Part shown: positions 10,001 to 18,902 of the stretch, one piece after another
Position numbering within the stretch: the first letter of the stretch is position 1
How the letters are laid out: the number at the start of each line of letters is the position of its first letter
Virus record (IMG/VR): IMGVR_UViG_3300025896_000021
Reading direction: 5' to 3' (one strand)
Origin: a virus
Lineage: Duplodnaviria > Heunggongvirae > Uroviricota > Caudoviricetes
DNA: 64,000 nucleotides
Program-made: the position numbers and the translations under genes
The notes under the pieces: generated by a model
What the model saw: only the letters and a program-made list of their open reading frames with translations
The model's database searches: none
What the model was told of the DNA's origin: nothing

Positions 10001-11168
10001 ACTATATTACATGGGTCTCGAACCCTACAAAGCACGATACACATTGCAGTTACAAGACTGGAATGAAAGTGTATTCAAGGAAAGAAATCTCGACTACATT
10101 ATCGTTCCTGGTGAAACACTTAGCGACGATCAAGCTATTGTAACAGGACAAGTGCTAGATGCACATGGTCGCACATACTTTGGTATGTCGCAACTTATGA
10201 ATCTAGTAAAGATGATGAAGGCAGGAGAATGTACCAATGAAGATGTTATCTACTTTGAAGATATGTTTCAACCAGGAATTGAATCTTTACCGTACATCCT
10301 TAAACAAATCCCAGAGGAATCGCGCCCAAGGATCTTTGTTCGTTGTCTCGCTCAGTCTATTGATCCAGATGATTTTGTACATGTCTGGGGAATGTCTGAC
10401 TTTATGGGTCACTATGAACGCATGGTTGACTCATTCGTTGATGGTGTACTTGCCACTAATGAAGAAATGGTAATGCATATGAAGATTGCGGGTTGGAAGG
10501 CACCAATTTACAATATCAGTGGGTTAGCATTTGGCAAGAGTGAAGTTCAATCTCGTGTTAGTTCTGTCAAGTCGTTCACTGAACGTACACACCGTGTTGT
10601 TTTTTCAGCACGTTGGGATCAAGAGAAGCAACCTGACTTCTACATGGACCTCATTGAAGCATGGCACAAGCGTCATCCAAGTAGTGGCGTTGAATTCTGT
10701 GTTTGCAGTGGTGGCAGCTTGAAAAGTAACAATGAAAGTTACATGAACCGTACGATGCACATGGTCAACATAGGTCAACTTCAAGTATACGAAGACTTAG
10801 AAAAAAATGATTACTACGATATTGTTAATAATTCTCGCGTGGTGTTCAACTGTGCTCTTCAGGACTGGGTCTCCAACACCGTCTCCGAAGCAGATGCGCT
10901 TGGCTGCAATGTGCTTTATCCTGCTTATCGTAGTTTTCCTGAAACATTTGCTAACGATCATACACGCCTCTACGTCCCTTGGTCTATAGAAGATGCAATG
11001 GACAAACTAGAGAAGTTATTGAAGAAGCCCCACGAGAAAATGGGACAAATCAGCGACCGCAATGATGGAACTATTGACCGTATCATTGATATCTTAGAAG
11101 GTAAAGGTCAACTAATGAAACGCATGACTACTGATTACAGAAAATATACTAGAGAAAGCAAATATTAA
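9981..11168 (+). CDS. Hypothetical protein, possible GT-B glycosyltransferase (395 aa)
   Basis: C-terminal VSNTVSEADALGCNVLYP resembles the GT4 E-x7-E donor-binding motif. The assignment is weak. Confidence 0.45.
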   Translation: MKEKMRKLYYMGLEPYKARYTLQLQDWNESVFKERNLDYIIVPGETLSDDQAIVTGQVLDAHGRTYFGMSQLMNLVKMMKAGECTNEDVIYFEDMFQPGIESLPYILKQIPEESRPRIFVRCLAQSIDPDDFVHVWGMSDFMGHYERMVDSFVDGVLATNEEMVMHMKIAGWKAPIYNISGLAFGKSEVQSRVSSVKSFTERTHRVVFSARWDQEKQPDFYMDLIEAWHKRHPSSGVEFCVCSGGSLKSNNESYMNRTMHMVNIGQLQVYEDLEKNDYYDIVNNSRVVFNCALQDWVSNTVSEADALGCNVLYPAYRSFPETFANDHTRLYVPWSIEDAMDKLEKLLKKPHEKMGQISDRNDGTIDRIIDILEGKGQLMKRMTTDYRKYTRESKY

Positions 11169-11169
11169 A

Positions 11170-11685
11170 ATGGCAACATGGAGTGTAAAACCTACATTTA
11201 AGAAGTCAATCATTGAGCGTAACTATCTTACTAAAGATGGTAACACAGTCATGATTGAAACAGGCTGGCGCTGGGGCGAGTTCACTGTAGAAACTGAGGA
11301 TGACAATCCACCAAACATTGAAGCAGGAGTAGATATCTATGACTGTGACTATGACGCTGAATTAGTTGAAACTAGTGATGGTTGTTGGGAAGAAGTTGAC
11401 ACAGATGAATGCGATGAAGAAACTACAACCTGGATCGAAGAATTCTTTGAAGAAGGTAACAGTTGGCTTGATCTAGAAGAAAACGGCTGGAGTCAAGACG
11501 AGTGTGAAATGATTATTGATTGTGACTTGGAAATCAGAAAGATCAATGATGATGGTTCATATAGTGACCCAGTTGTGATTGACGAATCTGAGGAAGATAA
11601 ACAGATTAGAGAATCACTTCCGACTCCCCAACTGACACCCAACGCAGCATGGCCATTTGGTACTCCGGAAGAAGGAGAAAAATAA
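11170..11685 (+). CDS. Acidic hypothetical protein (171 aa)
   Basis: ORF track; very Asp/Glu-rich. Confidence 0.5.
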   Translation: MATWSVKPTFKKSIIERNYLTKDGNTVMIETGWRWGEFTVETEDDNPPNIEAGVDIYDCDYDAELVETSDGCWEEVDTDECDEETTTWIEEFFEEGNSWLDLEENGWSQDECEMIIDCDLEIRKINDDGSYSDPVVIDESEEDKQIRESLPTPQLTPNAAWPFGTPEEGEK

Positions 11686-11876
11686 TGGCAACACGCAAAA
11701 ATAAACAGATTGACAACAGTGGAGTTGTAAAAGGTAACCATTTGACCGTAACTACTTTCTCTGATGGTAGAACTGTGTTAGAATGGGATGACGAAGCATT
11801 ATTAAAAGAAGTGCAAGAAGCACTCAAATCGGTAGAACAAAAACCAAAACGCAAATTAACAAAGGAAAAACAATGA
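11685..11876 (+). CDS. Hypothetical basic protein (about 63 aa)
   Basis: Internal ATG overlapping the upstream stop (TAATG), in the same frame as the 11649 track ORF. Confidence 0.4.
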   Translation: MATRKNKQIDNSGVVKGNHLTVTTFSDGRTVLEWDDEALLKEVQEALKSVEQKPKRKLTKEKQ

Positions 11877-12061
11877 GCGCACATACAGAAATTGAAACAC
11901 AATTAGCAGCATACCAAGCTGAATCAGCAAAGTTTGAAGCAGGCAACGCAGCAGCAGGTACCCGCGCCCGCAAAGCATTGGGTGAACTGTCTAAAGCAGT
12001 TAAGGCTCGTCGTAACGAGATTACCGAGACTAAGAACGCACGAAAAGAAGCTAAGGCTTAA
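11873..12061 (+). CDS. Hypothetical protein (62 aa)
   Basis: ORF track; ATGA overlap. Confidence 0.4.
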   Translation: MSAHTEIETQLAAYQAESAKFEAGNAAAGTRARKALGELSKAVKARRNEITETKNARKEAKA

Positions 12062-12074
12062 TTAGTGATAAATA

Positions 12075-12106
12075 AAATGTAAGCTACACAACGGTAGCTT
12101 ACATTT
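12075..12106. terminator. Hairpin with 12-13 bp stem (AATGTAAGCTAC...GTAGCTTACATT)
   Basis: Perfect inverted repeat immediately after the 11873 ORF. The T-run lies on the minus side, so the transcription direction it terminates is ambiguous. Confidence 0.35.
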
Positions 12107-12137
12107 CAAAAACAAACCATCACAAAGGAAGGTTATC

Positions 12138-12812
12138 ATGAGTTACAATAAACAAAAATGCGATCCAGAATTGGGTCAACGAGTTCACGAACATCTAGTT
12201 AAGATGGGAGTTGAGACTCCTACCAATCCAAACAGCTATGATCGTAAAGAAAAGATCGACCACATTGAAGCACACTTTACGCATATTATGCGTATCTTGG
12301 GTCTTGACTTATCAGACGATAGTTTGATTGAAACACCAAAGCGTGTTGCTAAGATGTACGTCAACGAAATATTTTGGGGTCTTGACTACGAAGCATTCCC
12401 CAAATGCACTACAGTTGACAACAAGATGAAGTACAACGAAATGGTGTGCGAACGCAATGTCAATGTACAATCAAACTGTGAACATCACTTTGTCGTCATT
12501 GACGGTCTTGCCACTGTTGCTTATGTACCAAAAGATAAAGTACTTGGATTGAGTAAGATCAATCGTATTGTAGAATATTTCTCGAAGCGTCCTCAAATTC
12601 AAGAACGACTTACCGAGCAAGTGTTTTATGCATTGCAGTATATCTTGGGCACAGAAGATGTTGCGGTTATGATTGATGCACAACATTATTGCGTTAAGAG
12701 TCGCGGTGTAGAAGATACTGGTAGTTCAACTGTCACTAGCAAACTAGGTGGTGGATTCAAAAGTGATCCAGCAGCTAGAGCAGAGTTCTATCAACTAGCA
12801 CGTGGTCGATAA
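12138..12812 (+). CDS. folE: GTP cyclohydrolase I (FolE)
   Basis: NCEHHFV ... KINRIVEYFSKRPQIQERLTEQV matches the FolE active-site and signature regions. Confidence 0.9.
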   Translation: MSYNKQKCDPELGQRVHEHLVKMGVETPTNPNSYDRKEKIDHIEAHFTHIMRILGLDLSDDSLIETPKRVAKMYVNEIFWGLDYEAFPKCTTVDNKMKYNEMVCERNVNVQSNCEHHFVVIDGLATVAYVPKDKVLGLSKINRIVEYFSKRPQIQERLTEQVFYALQYILGTEDVAVMIDAQHYCVKSRGVEDTGSSTVTSKLGGGFKSDPAARAEFYQLARGR

Positions 12813-12994
12813 TGAAAATTATCCCTATATGGCGTAAAGCCGTTTACGCTTTCTTTGCGCCATTGTTCATTTTTGTTTGGATGATCTTTCATCCAAAACT
12901 AGTTTGGGCACAAGCAAAGAAAGAATGGAATACGCCATCAGCTTGTAACTGTGATTGTAATCAAGGACGCAGATGTAATTGCGGTAAACAATGA
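12812..12994 (+). CDS. Small membrane protein with Cys-rich tail (60 aa)
   Basis: ORF track; hydrophobic segment followed by CNCDCNQGRRCNCG. Confidence 0.4.
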   Translation: MKIIPIWRKAVYAFFAPLFIFVWMIFHPKLVWAQAKKEWNTPSACNCDCNQGRRCNCGKQ

Positions 12995-13305
12995 ACGAAC
13001 TTACCAGACCAACGCCACCAAAGGCAAGACTAAGATGTGACGCATGTGGTACTATCGGCGAGGATAGAAAGCATAATAGTGTAATTTGCAGGTTTTTCCA
13101 ATGGCTAGATAAAACATTTCGGAGTAGAAGAATGATTGATGAAAATGGATATGAGTGGGAAGTATACTATAATGGTGTGTTGCTTGGTAGAACAAACACC
13201 GAAGGAAGACACCAACTTGTCAAAGAAAAAGTAGAGCATCCAATTGGCATACCGGAGATTGAATTTAAGTTGGTCTTGAAACAACATTTTGGAGTTGAAG
13301 AATGA
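12991..13305 (+). CDS. Hypothetical protein ending in HFGVEE (104 aa)
   Basis: ORF track. The C-terminal HFGVEE and the junction DNA motif are shared with five other small genes. Confidence 0.5.
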   Translation: MNELTRPTPPKARLRCDACGTIGEDRKHNSVICRFFQWLDKTFRSRRMIDENGYEWEVYYNGVLLGRTNTEGRHQLVKEKVEHPIGIPEIEFKLVLKQHFGVEE

Positions 13306-13502
13306 ATGAAAAAATTAAAGAACTTGCACTACAAGCAGGTGGTAGTCACTATCCCGATGTTGGTGGCAAAACACTAGAAAAGTTTGCCGAGTTGATTGTG
13401 CGGGAATGTGCTAGGGTAGCATTTGAAAGCGATTTGACAATGGCTATAGGACAATGGGGTGCCGACTCTGCAATTTTAAAACATTTCGGAGTTGAAGAAT
13501 GA
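13302..13502 (+). CDS. Small protein of the MNE(R/K)IKELA...KFAELIVREC...HFGVEE family (66 aa)
   Basis: Full-length paralogue of the 33180, 50953 and 57615 genes. Confidence 0.55.
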   Translation: MNEKIKELALQAGGSHYPDVGGKTLEKFAELIVRECARVAFESDLTMAIGQWGADSAILKHFGVEE

Positions 13503-13753
13503 AACTTGAATACACATCCGGCCCAGGCTGGACGAGAGTTGCACCAGTATACGAGCTTGGTGAAAAATACACTAGTATTATTGGCTGGCGTAGAGGACAC
13601 GGTCGTCCTTCCAAAGAAACAGTTGAAAGTTTATATCCAGACTGCAAGTTTGTTGGAGTAAACTATTACACGGGATGGTGCCCCAACACATTTAACCGTA
13701 AGACTTTTACTCACGTTTGTGTTGAACGAACATTTGGAGATAAATTATGCTAA
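13499..13753 (+). CDS. Hypothetical protein (84 aa)
   Basis: ORF track; ATGA coupling. Confidence 0.45.
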   Translation: MKLEYTSGPGWTRVAPVYELGEKYTSIIGWRRGHGRPSKETVESLYPDCKFVGVNYYTGWCPNTFNRKTFTHVCVERTFGDKLC

Positions 13754-13947
13754 AAGATAGAAGAACCTTAATGGAGCAAGAGATTGCTAAATTGAAGAAA
13801 ATATGTGGTGAAATGTATATTGCTGCAATACGAGGTGTTCAGACCGAAGAAGAACTTGCCATTTATGATGGTCACTTAGAAAAGTTGGGAACTATGGTAA
13901 CAGAACTGTCAATTATTAATGACATGATTAGTAAAGGTCACGAATGA
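13747..13947 (+). CDS. Hypothetical protein (66 aa)
   Basis: ORF track. Confidence 0.4.
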   Translation: MLKDRRTLMEQEIAKLKKICGEMYIAAIRGVQTEEELAIYDGHLEKLGTMVTELSIINDMISKGHE

Positions 13948-14107
13948 ACTTACAACCTAAAGATACAAGCAAGGGACATTTTTATGTCAGCCTTGTAAAG
14001 AGTGTACTACGCATTGGCGCAGGCACATCATTGATTATGGTAGGCTTCCTCGAAGCAGGCACATTGCTAATTGTTGCAGAAGTTCTAGGCATTGTAGAGG
14101 AATTGGT

Positions 14108-14395
14108 GTGACAGGTTCGCACAATGAGTTCATAGATGAGCTAAGGAAAGATCCAGTGAAACTTAAAAAGTTTCTACGTGATGTAATGGGGCCGTCTTGT
14201 AGAATCATTGAGGGAGTTGAGAAAGAACATATGTTAACTGTGTTCAGGCTCATTAAACCCACTGACACAAGTAACAATCAACATACTTGGACTACAGTGT
14301 ATCATCATGCAGGCAAAGAGTATCACCTAACTGACGGTGTTGGATTTGACGAATTAACAGAGATACTACCGGAGAACGATGATGAGAAATCTTGA
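14108..14395 (+). CDS. Hypothetical protein (95 aa)
   Basis: ORF track. Confidence 0.4.
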   Translation: MTGSHNEFIDELRKDPVKLKKFLRDVMGPSCRIIEGVEKEHMLTVFRLIKPTDTSNNQHTWTTVYHHAGKEYHLTDGVGFDELTEILPENDDEKS

Positions 14396-14582
14396 ATTAG
14401 TTGATGCAGTAATAGCACTGCACGAGATTGCACGAACAGTAGAAACTGAAGTAGGTCACGGTCAATTGAGCGAAGATATCCGTAGTTGCGCTGACAGACT
14501 ACATGAACTTAGTATCTCTGAAAGAGAACACGAAGTTAGAATGAAAGATGCGATAAACAAGGCTAAAAATGATATTCAATAA
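14379..14582 (+). CDS. Hypothetical protein (67 aa)
   Basis: ORF track. Confidence 0.4.
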   Translation: MMRNLELVDAVIALHEIARTVETEVGHGQLSEDIRSCADRLHELSISEREHEVRMKDAINKAKNDIQ

Positions 14583-15027
14583 GATCAAAGAACTAAAAGA
14601 CAAGGGACTAAAGATTGGCATCACCTTTAGCCAATTTGACCTATTGCATGCGGGACATATCGCAATGCTTAGCCAAGCTAAGAACCATTGTGATTATCTT
14701 ATTGCTGCACTGCAAAACAATGCTCAATGGGATCGTCCTGAAAAGAACGAACCTATTCAAAGTATCGTTGAAAGACAGATTAGTTTAAGTGCTGTAAGGT
14801 TTGTAGATGAAATCGTAGTCTACAACACCGAGAAGGACCTTGAAGATATCTTACTCACACTACCTATTGATGTTCGCATTTTGGGTGTAGAGTACAGAGA
14901 CAAAGAATTTACGGGCAAAGATATCTGTGCCCAAAGAAACATTGAATTAGTGTTCAATGGACGTGACCACTCTTTTAGCTCTAGTAGCTTGAGAAAAAGA
15001 GTAGTGGAAGCACAAAAAGGTAAATAA
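14569..15027 (+). CDS. Cytidylyltransferase-like HxGH nucleotidyltransferase (152 aa)
   Basis: ITFSQFDLLHAGHIAML ... YLIAAL ... VDEIVVY resembles glycerol-3-P cytidylyltransferase and RfaE domain II (GxFDxxHxGH). Confidence 0.7.
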   Translation: MIFNKIKELKDKGLKIGITFSQFDLLHAGHIAMLSQAKNHCDYLIAALQNNAQWDRPEKNEPIQSIVERQISLSAVRFVDEIVVYNTEKDLEDILLTLPIDVRILGVEYRDKEFTGKDICAQRNIELVFNGRDHSFSSSSLRKRVVEAQKGK

Positions 15028-15103
15028 GAGTAGCGGCCTTTTAGGGCATCATCCCGCTTTACAAATTCTGCTGCCTATGATATAATATAACATAGGAAAA
15101 ATA

Positions 15104-15583
15104 ATGTCAAAGAAATATTTCAGTACAAAAACATACAAGCAGATTGGACCAGTTGCTTATCGTCAATGGCGTGCAGATAGTCATTGCAATCTAATTCACG
15201 GTTATGCAATGTCGTTTCATTTTGAATTTGAAGCAGACACCCTAGACGCACGAAACTGGGTAACTGACTTTGGTGGACTAAAGCCACTCAAAGCATTGCT
15301 AGAAGATTGGTTTGATCACACATTATTAGTTGCACAAGATGACCCAATGCGTGAAGAATTACTTAACTTGGGTAAACTGAAACTAGCGAAGATTACAGAA
15401 GTAGAAAAGACAGGATGCGAAGGCATTGCTGACTTCTTGTATGAATATGTTAATACAATTTTCTTGCCAAGCTGTGGCAGTGCAGAAGCTGAACGAGTTT
15501 GGTGTACACGGGTTGAAGTGCGTGAGACAGATAACAACATGGCAGGTCGTCAAGGTCGTAGAGAAGATAACGAGTTTCAATAA
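15104..15583 (+). CDS. queD: 6-carboxy-5,6,7,8-tetrahydropterin synthase (QueD)
   Basis: SHCNLIHGYAMSFHFEF ... NWVTDFGGLK fits the QueD / 6-pyruvoyl-tetrahydropterin synthase CxxxHGH motif and fold pattern. Confidence 0.85.
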   Translation: MSKKYFSTKTYKQIGPVAYRQWRADSHCNLIHGYAMSFHFEFEADTLDARNWVTDFGGLKPLKALLEDWFDHTLLVAQDDPMREELLNLGKLKLAKITEVEKTGCEGIADFLYEYVNTIFLPSCGSAEAERVWCTRVEVRETDNNMAGRQGRREDNEFQ

Positions 15584-16431
15584 TGAGTAAATTAAAAATT
15601 AGTGAGTTGTTCTATAGCATTCAGGGTGAAGGGAAGTACATGGGTGTTCCCTCCGTGTTTCTTAGAACATACGGATGCAATTTTACATGCGGTGGCTTTG
15701 GTATGGCCAAGGGAGAAATGAGTAATGAAAGAGATATTATTGCGGTTAAGGCAGAAGATTACACGGATTATAAATCCTTACCACTTGTCAGCACGGGTTG
15801 TGATTCTTATGCATCTTGGGACCCTCGTTTCAAACATCTTAGTCCTGTGCTCGATTCCGATACTATTGCTAACAGCATTTGTGATTTACTGCCTGGACAT
15901 CGTTGGCTCGATGAACACTTGGTTATCACGGGTGGCGAACCGCTTCTTGGTTGGCAAAGAGCGTATCCTGAATTACTTTCGCATGAGAGAATGAAGGGTT
16001 TGCAAGAACTAACATTTGAAACAAACGGTACTCAGATGATTACACCTGAGTTTGGACAGTACTTGCATGACTGGCAAAAGATGAGAATGAAACATTCGGT
16101 CACATTTAGTGTCAGTCCAAAGTTGTCTATCAGCGGTGAGAAAACAGAAGATGCTATCATTCCCGATGTGATCAATCAATATCAAAACTATGGCTCGGTG
16201 TATCTCAAGTTTGTAGTAGCAACTGAATCCGATGTGAAAGAAGCTGAGGATACAGTGTTAGCATACAAGCGTAAAGGATTCAAGGGTCATATTTACTTGA
16301 TGCCATGCGGTGGGGTAGAATCACTATACAATCTAAATGCTAAGAATGTTGCAATCGCAGCAATGAATCGTGGCTGGCGTTATAGTGATAGACTACAGGT
16401 GCCATTGTTTAAGAACGAGTGGGGCACATGA
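15583..16431 (+). CDS. queE: 7-carboxy-7-deazaguanine synthase (QueE, radical SAM)
   Basis: N-terminal SIQGEGKYMGVPSVFLRTYGCNFTC and LVITGGEPLL match QueE. The start is ATGA-coupled to queD. Confidence 0.85.
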   Translation: MSKLKISELFYSIQGEGKYMGVPSVFLRTYGCNFTCGGFGMAKGEMSNERDIIAVKAEDYTDYKSLPLVSTGCDSYASWDPRFKHLSPVLDSDTIANSICDLLPGHRWLDEHLVITGGEPLLGWQRAYPELLSHERMKGLQELTFETNGTQMITPEFGQYLHDWQKMRMKHSVTFSVSPKLSISGEKTEDAIIPDVINQYQNYGSVYLKFVVATESDVKEAEDTVLAYKRKGFKGHIYLMPCGGVESLYNLNAKNVAIAAMNRGWRYSDRLQVPLFKNEWGT

Positions 16432-16679
16432 TTGCAACTAGAATTATAGACAATGACATGGGTGCAGTATTAAAAGTACCTCTAACTGGTAGAGGCACTA
16501 TTCATGGTATTACTATTGTGATTGATGCGGTTAAACTTCCTGAATTTGATATAAGCCTCTTAGAAATATTATCAGTTGACAAGTGCATAGCACGGTTCAC
16601 TACGCACGTAGAAGAACATATATCGGATATAGAAGACCGAGTAAAGTTTATTGACTATTACAAGAAATGGGTAAAATAA
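16419..16679 (+). CDS. Hypothetical protein (86 aa)
   Basis: ORF track. Confidence 0.4.
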   Translation: MGHMIATRIIDNDMGAVLKVPLTGRGTIHGITIVIDAVKLPEFDISLLEILSVDKCIARFTTHVEEHISDIEDRVKFIDYYKKWVK

Positions 16680-18028
16680 TGAAATTATACAGCAAACGAA
16701 TTGCATTCTTAATAAGTGACCAACACTTTATCCCCCACGGTGGAATTGGTTCCTTCTGTAAGAGTTTTACAGAAATGTGTGGCCGATTGAATTGGAAAGT
16801 TGACATTATCTTAGACAAAGCGCCTACTGGTACCTTTGACACAGTTATTAAAAATGCAGGCGCAAATCTAGTATGGCCACTTGAACCACTAAAGTACAGT
16901 GACCACACTGCTACCTTTGCGTTTAGTGATACCATCAACTTTGAAAAGATTATCAACTTTCGCAAAGCATTACTAGAAGCATTTGAAGAAAACGTATATG
17001 ACATGGTGGTGTGTAATACGCAGGAAGCAATGACTGCTGCCTATGCTATGACTATTAACAAGTATATCCCTGTGATATTCTACACCCACTTACATTCAAT
17101 GATTTTTCGTGATAGTCAGGGTAGCGATGTGTTCTTAGATAGCTATCATAATTTCTATAACAAGCATATGGAGTTTACTGATATCGTCATCGGAACACAA
17201 AGTCAAAAGAATATAGATGAGTTAACAAAGTACGGCGCGACAAATACCGCACTTCTACGCATGCCTATGAGTGAGCGTGGTCTATTAGAACACAATGTTA
17301 CTAAGCGAAGTGGGGTGTTATTCATTGGTCGTTGGGAAGAAGGCAAGAACCCAGATGCATATATTCGTGCAATGAAAGAAGCACAACTTCCTTGCAAAGT
17401 AATGACTAACAGCAATGGTGCAAAGAAGTTTGAGAAAGCGTTTGCTGATGCAGGTATTATTGATTATGAAATCAAAGCGGGCATCACTGGTCAAGAAAAA
17501 GTAGACTTTATCACAAGTTCTAGTGTGTTCTTTATGCCAAGTCTGCGTGAGAACTATCCTTTTGCTTTCTTGGAATGTCTTGGTCACATGCCATGCGTAG
17601 TATTAGACAATCAAGATTGGTCAGATAATTTTGATGAAAAATATTTTCATAAAGTAAATGTCAAGAATGTAGCAGAGACAATTAACGCAGTGTACGGATC
17701 AATACAAAGTACGGAGGCACTGGACTATGTACGTGAACTAGACGACCAAGTTGCACATGGTTGGGTAAGTTTTCTAGATAACTTTGTTGGTAAGCGTAGT
17801 AATACATCAGCCGCAAAGATTAACACTTACGAGACAATCAAGTATCGTGATTACATTTCTCAGTTGAATCGCAAGCATTTGGCACGAGAAGACTTTGAAA
17901 GTGTGTTGTCAAACAAGTACAAGTTTATCAATGTTTGGTACACTGACAATGACACATACTTAAGCAAAGACCCAACATTTAAACCAGTAGAGGAAGTAAC
18001 AGGCGCAAGTCTGTTTGAATTCGCATGA
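16667..18028 (+). CDS. GT-B fold glycosyltransferase (GT4-like, about 450 aa)
   Basis: C-terminal FFMPSLRENYPFAFLECLGHMPCVVLD matches the GT4 E-x7-E motif. The alternative start ATG at 16679 overlaps the upstream stop. Confidence 0.6.
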   Translation: MGKIMKLYSKRIAFLISDQHFIPHGGIGSFCKSFTEMCGRLNWKVDIILDKAPTGTFDTVIKNAGANLVWPLEPLKYSDHTATFAFSDTINFEKIINFRKALLEAFEENVYDMVVCNTQEAMTAAYAMTINKYIPVIFYTHLHSMIFRDSQGSDVFLDSYHNFYNKHMEFTDIVIGTQSQKNIDELTKYGATNTALLRMPMSERGLLEHNVTKRSGVLFIGRWEEGKNPDAYIRAMKEAQLPCKVMTNSNGAKKFEKAFADAGIIDYEIKAGITGQEKVDFITSSSVFFMPSLRENYPFAFLECLGHMPCVVLDNQDWSDNFDEKYFHKVNVKNVAETINAVYGSIQSTEALDYVRELDDQVAHGWVSFLDNFVGKRSNTSAAKINTYETIKYRDYISQLNRKHLAREDFESVLSNKYKFINVWYTDNDTYLSKDPTFKPVEEVTGASLFEFA

Positions 18029-18855
18029 AAAAGATTTTGATTACAGGTAACTCAGGTTACATCGGTTCGCATCTTACTAAGATGTTGAAGGGTGAATACG
18101 AGATTCACGGGCTAGATTTAGTGCCTAACAAAATTGATGTTGACAAGCAGCATATTATTGACATTCGTAGGTTGTTTGAACTTCACTACGAATACGATGC
18201 AGTCATTCATTTAGCTGCATTAGTGAACGTAGGCGAGAGTGAATTGAAACCACTGAGTTACTATATCACTAACTTGAACGGCACAATGAATGTACTAAGT
18301 AAAATAAAGACAAAGAACTTTATATTTGCTAGTACCGGCGCCGCAGTCAGTTGTGAGTCAGCATATGGAATCAGCAAAAGAGCAGCAGAAGATGTGGTTC
18401 GTGAATATTGTACTCAGCACAAGGTTACTCCATACACTATCTTTAGATTCTACAATGTGATCGGTAGTGATGGCTTTGCCCCGACAAATCCAGACGGACT
18501 GATGTACAATCTATTGAGAGCTAAAGAGACAGGTGAATTTACTATCTTTGGTAAAGACTATGATATCAGCAGTGACGGTACGTGTGTGCGTGACTATGTT
18601 CACGTGAATGAAATCTGTGATGCATTACGTACAGCAATTGAGAAGCCTAGCAACAGTGTTGAATCATTAGGGCATGGTGTGGGATACACTGTGCAAGAAA
18701 TTGTAGACAAGTTCCAGATCGTCAATGATGTTGACTTTGATGTGAAATATGGTCCTAGAAGAAAGGGCGACATTGCTAGTTCGGTATTAGAAGACGTGTC
18801 ACCTTACATGAGGAACCTCTATACTATGGACGAATTGTTAAAGGTTGACAATTAA
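18025..18855 (+). CDS. NAD-dependent epimerase/dehydratase or sugar reductase (extended SDR, 276 aa)
   Basis: N-terminal Rossmann motif ILITGNSGYIGSHL; catalytic YGISK (YxxxK). Confidence 0.75.
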   Translation: MKKILITGNSGYIGSHLTKMLKGEYEIHGLDLVPNKIDVDKQHIIDIRRLFELHYEYDAVIHLAALVNVGESELKPLSYYITNLNGTMNVLSKIKTKNFIFASTGAAVSCESAYGISKRAAEDVVREYCTQHKVTPYTIFRFYNVIGSDGFAPTNPDGLMYNLLRAKETGEFTIFGKDYDISSDGTCVRDYVHVNEICDALRTAIEKPSNSVESLGHGVGYTVQEIVDKFQIVNDVDFDVKYGPRRKGDIASSVLEDVSPYMRNLYTMDELLKVDN

Positions 18856-18902
18856 ACATCTTTGTGTTATGATACGTTCTACTCAATATTTATGGATGAC
18901 TT

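Noticed and set aside
15075-15103. Possible promoter TTACAA-16-TATAAT upstream of queD
   Set aside because: The -35 is a poor match and the spacer is off-consensus; no call made.
6947-18855. Looked for QueC (PP-loop SGGxDS), QueF, ArcS and Gat-QueC near dpdA/folE/queD/queE
   Set aside because: No ORF in this window carries the QueC PP-loop or the QueF signature. This is recorded as an absence, not as a feature.
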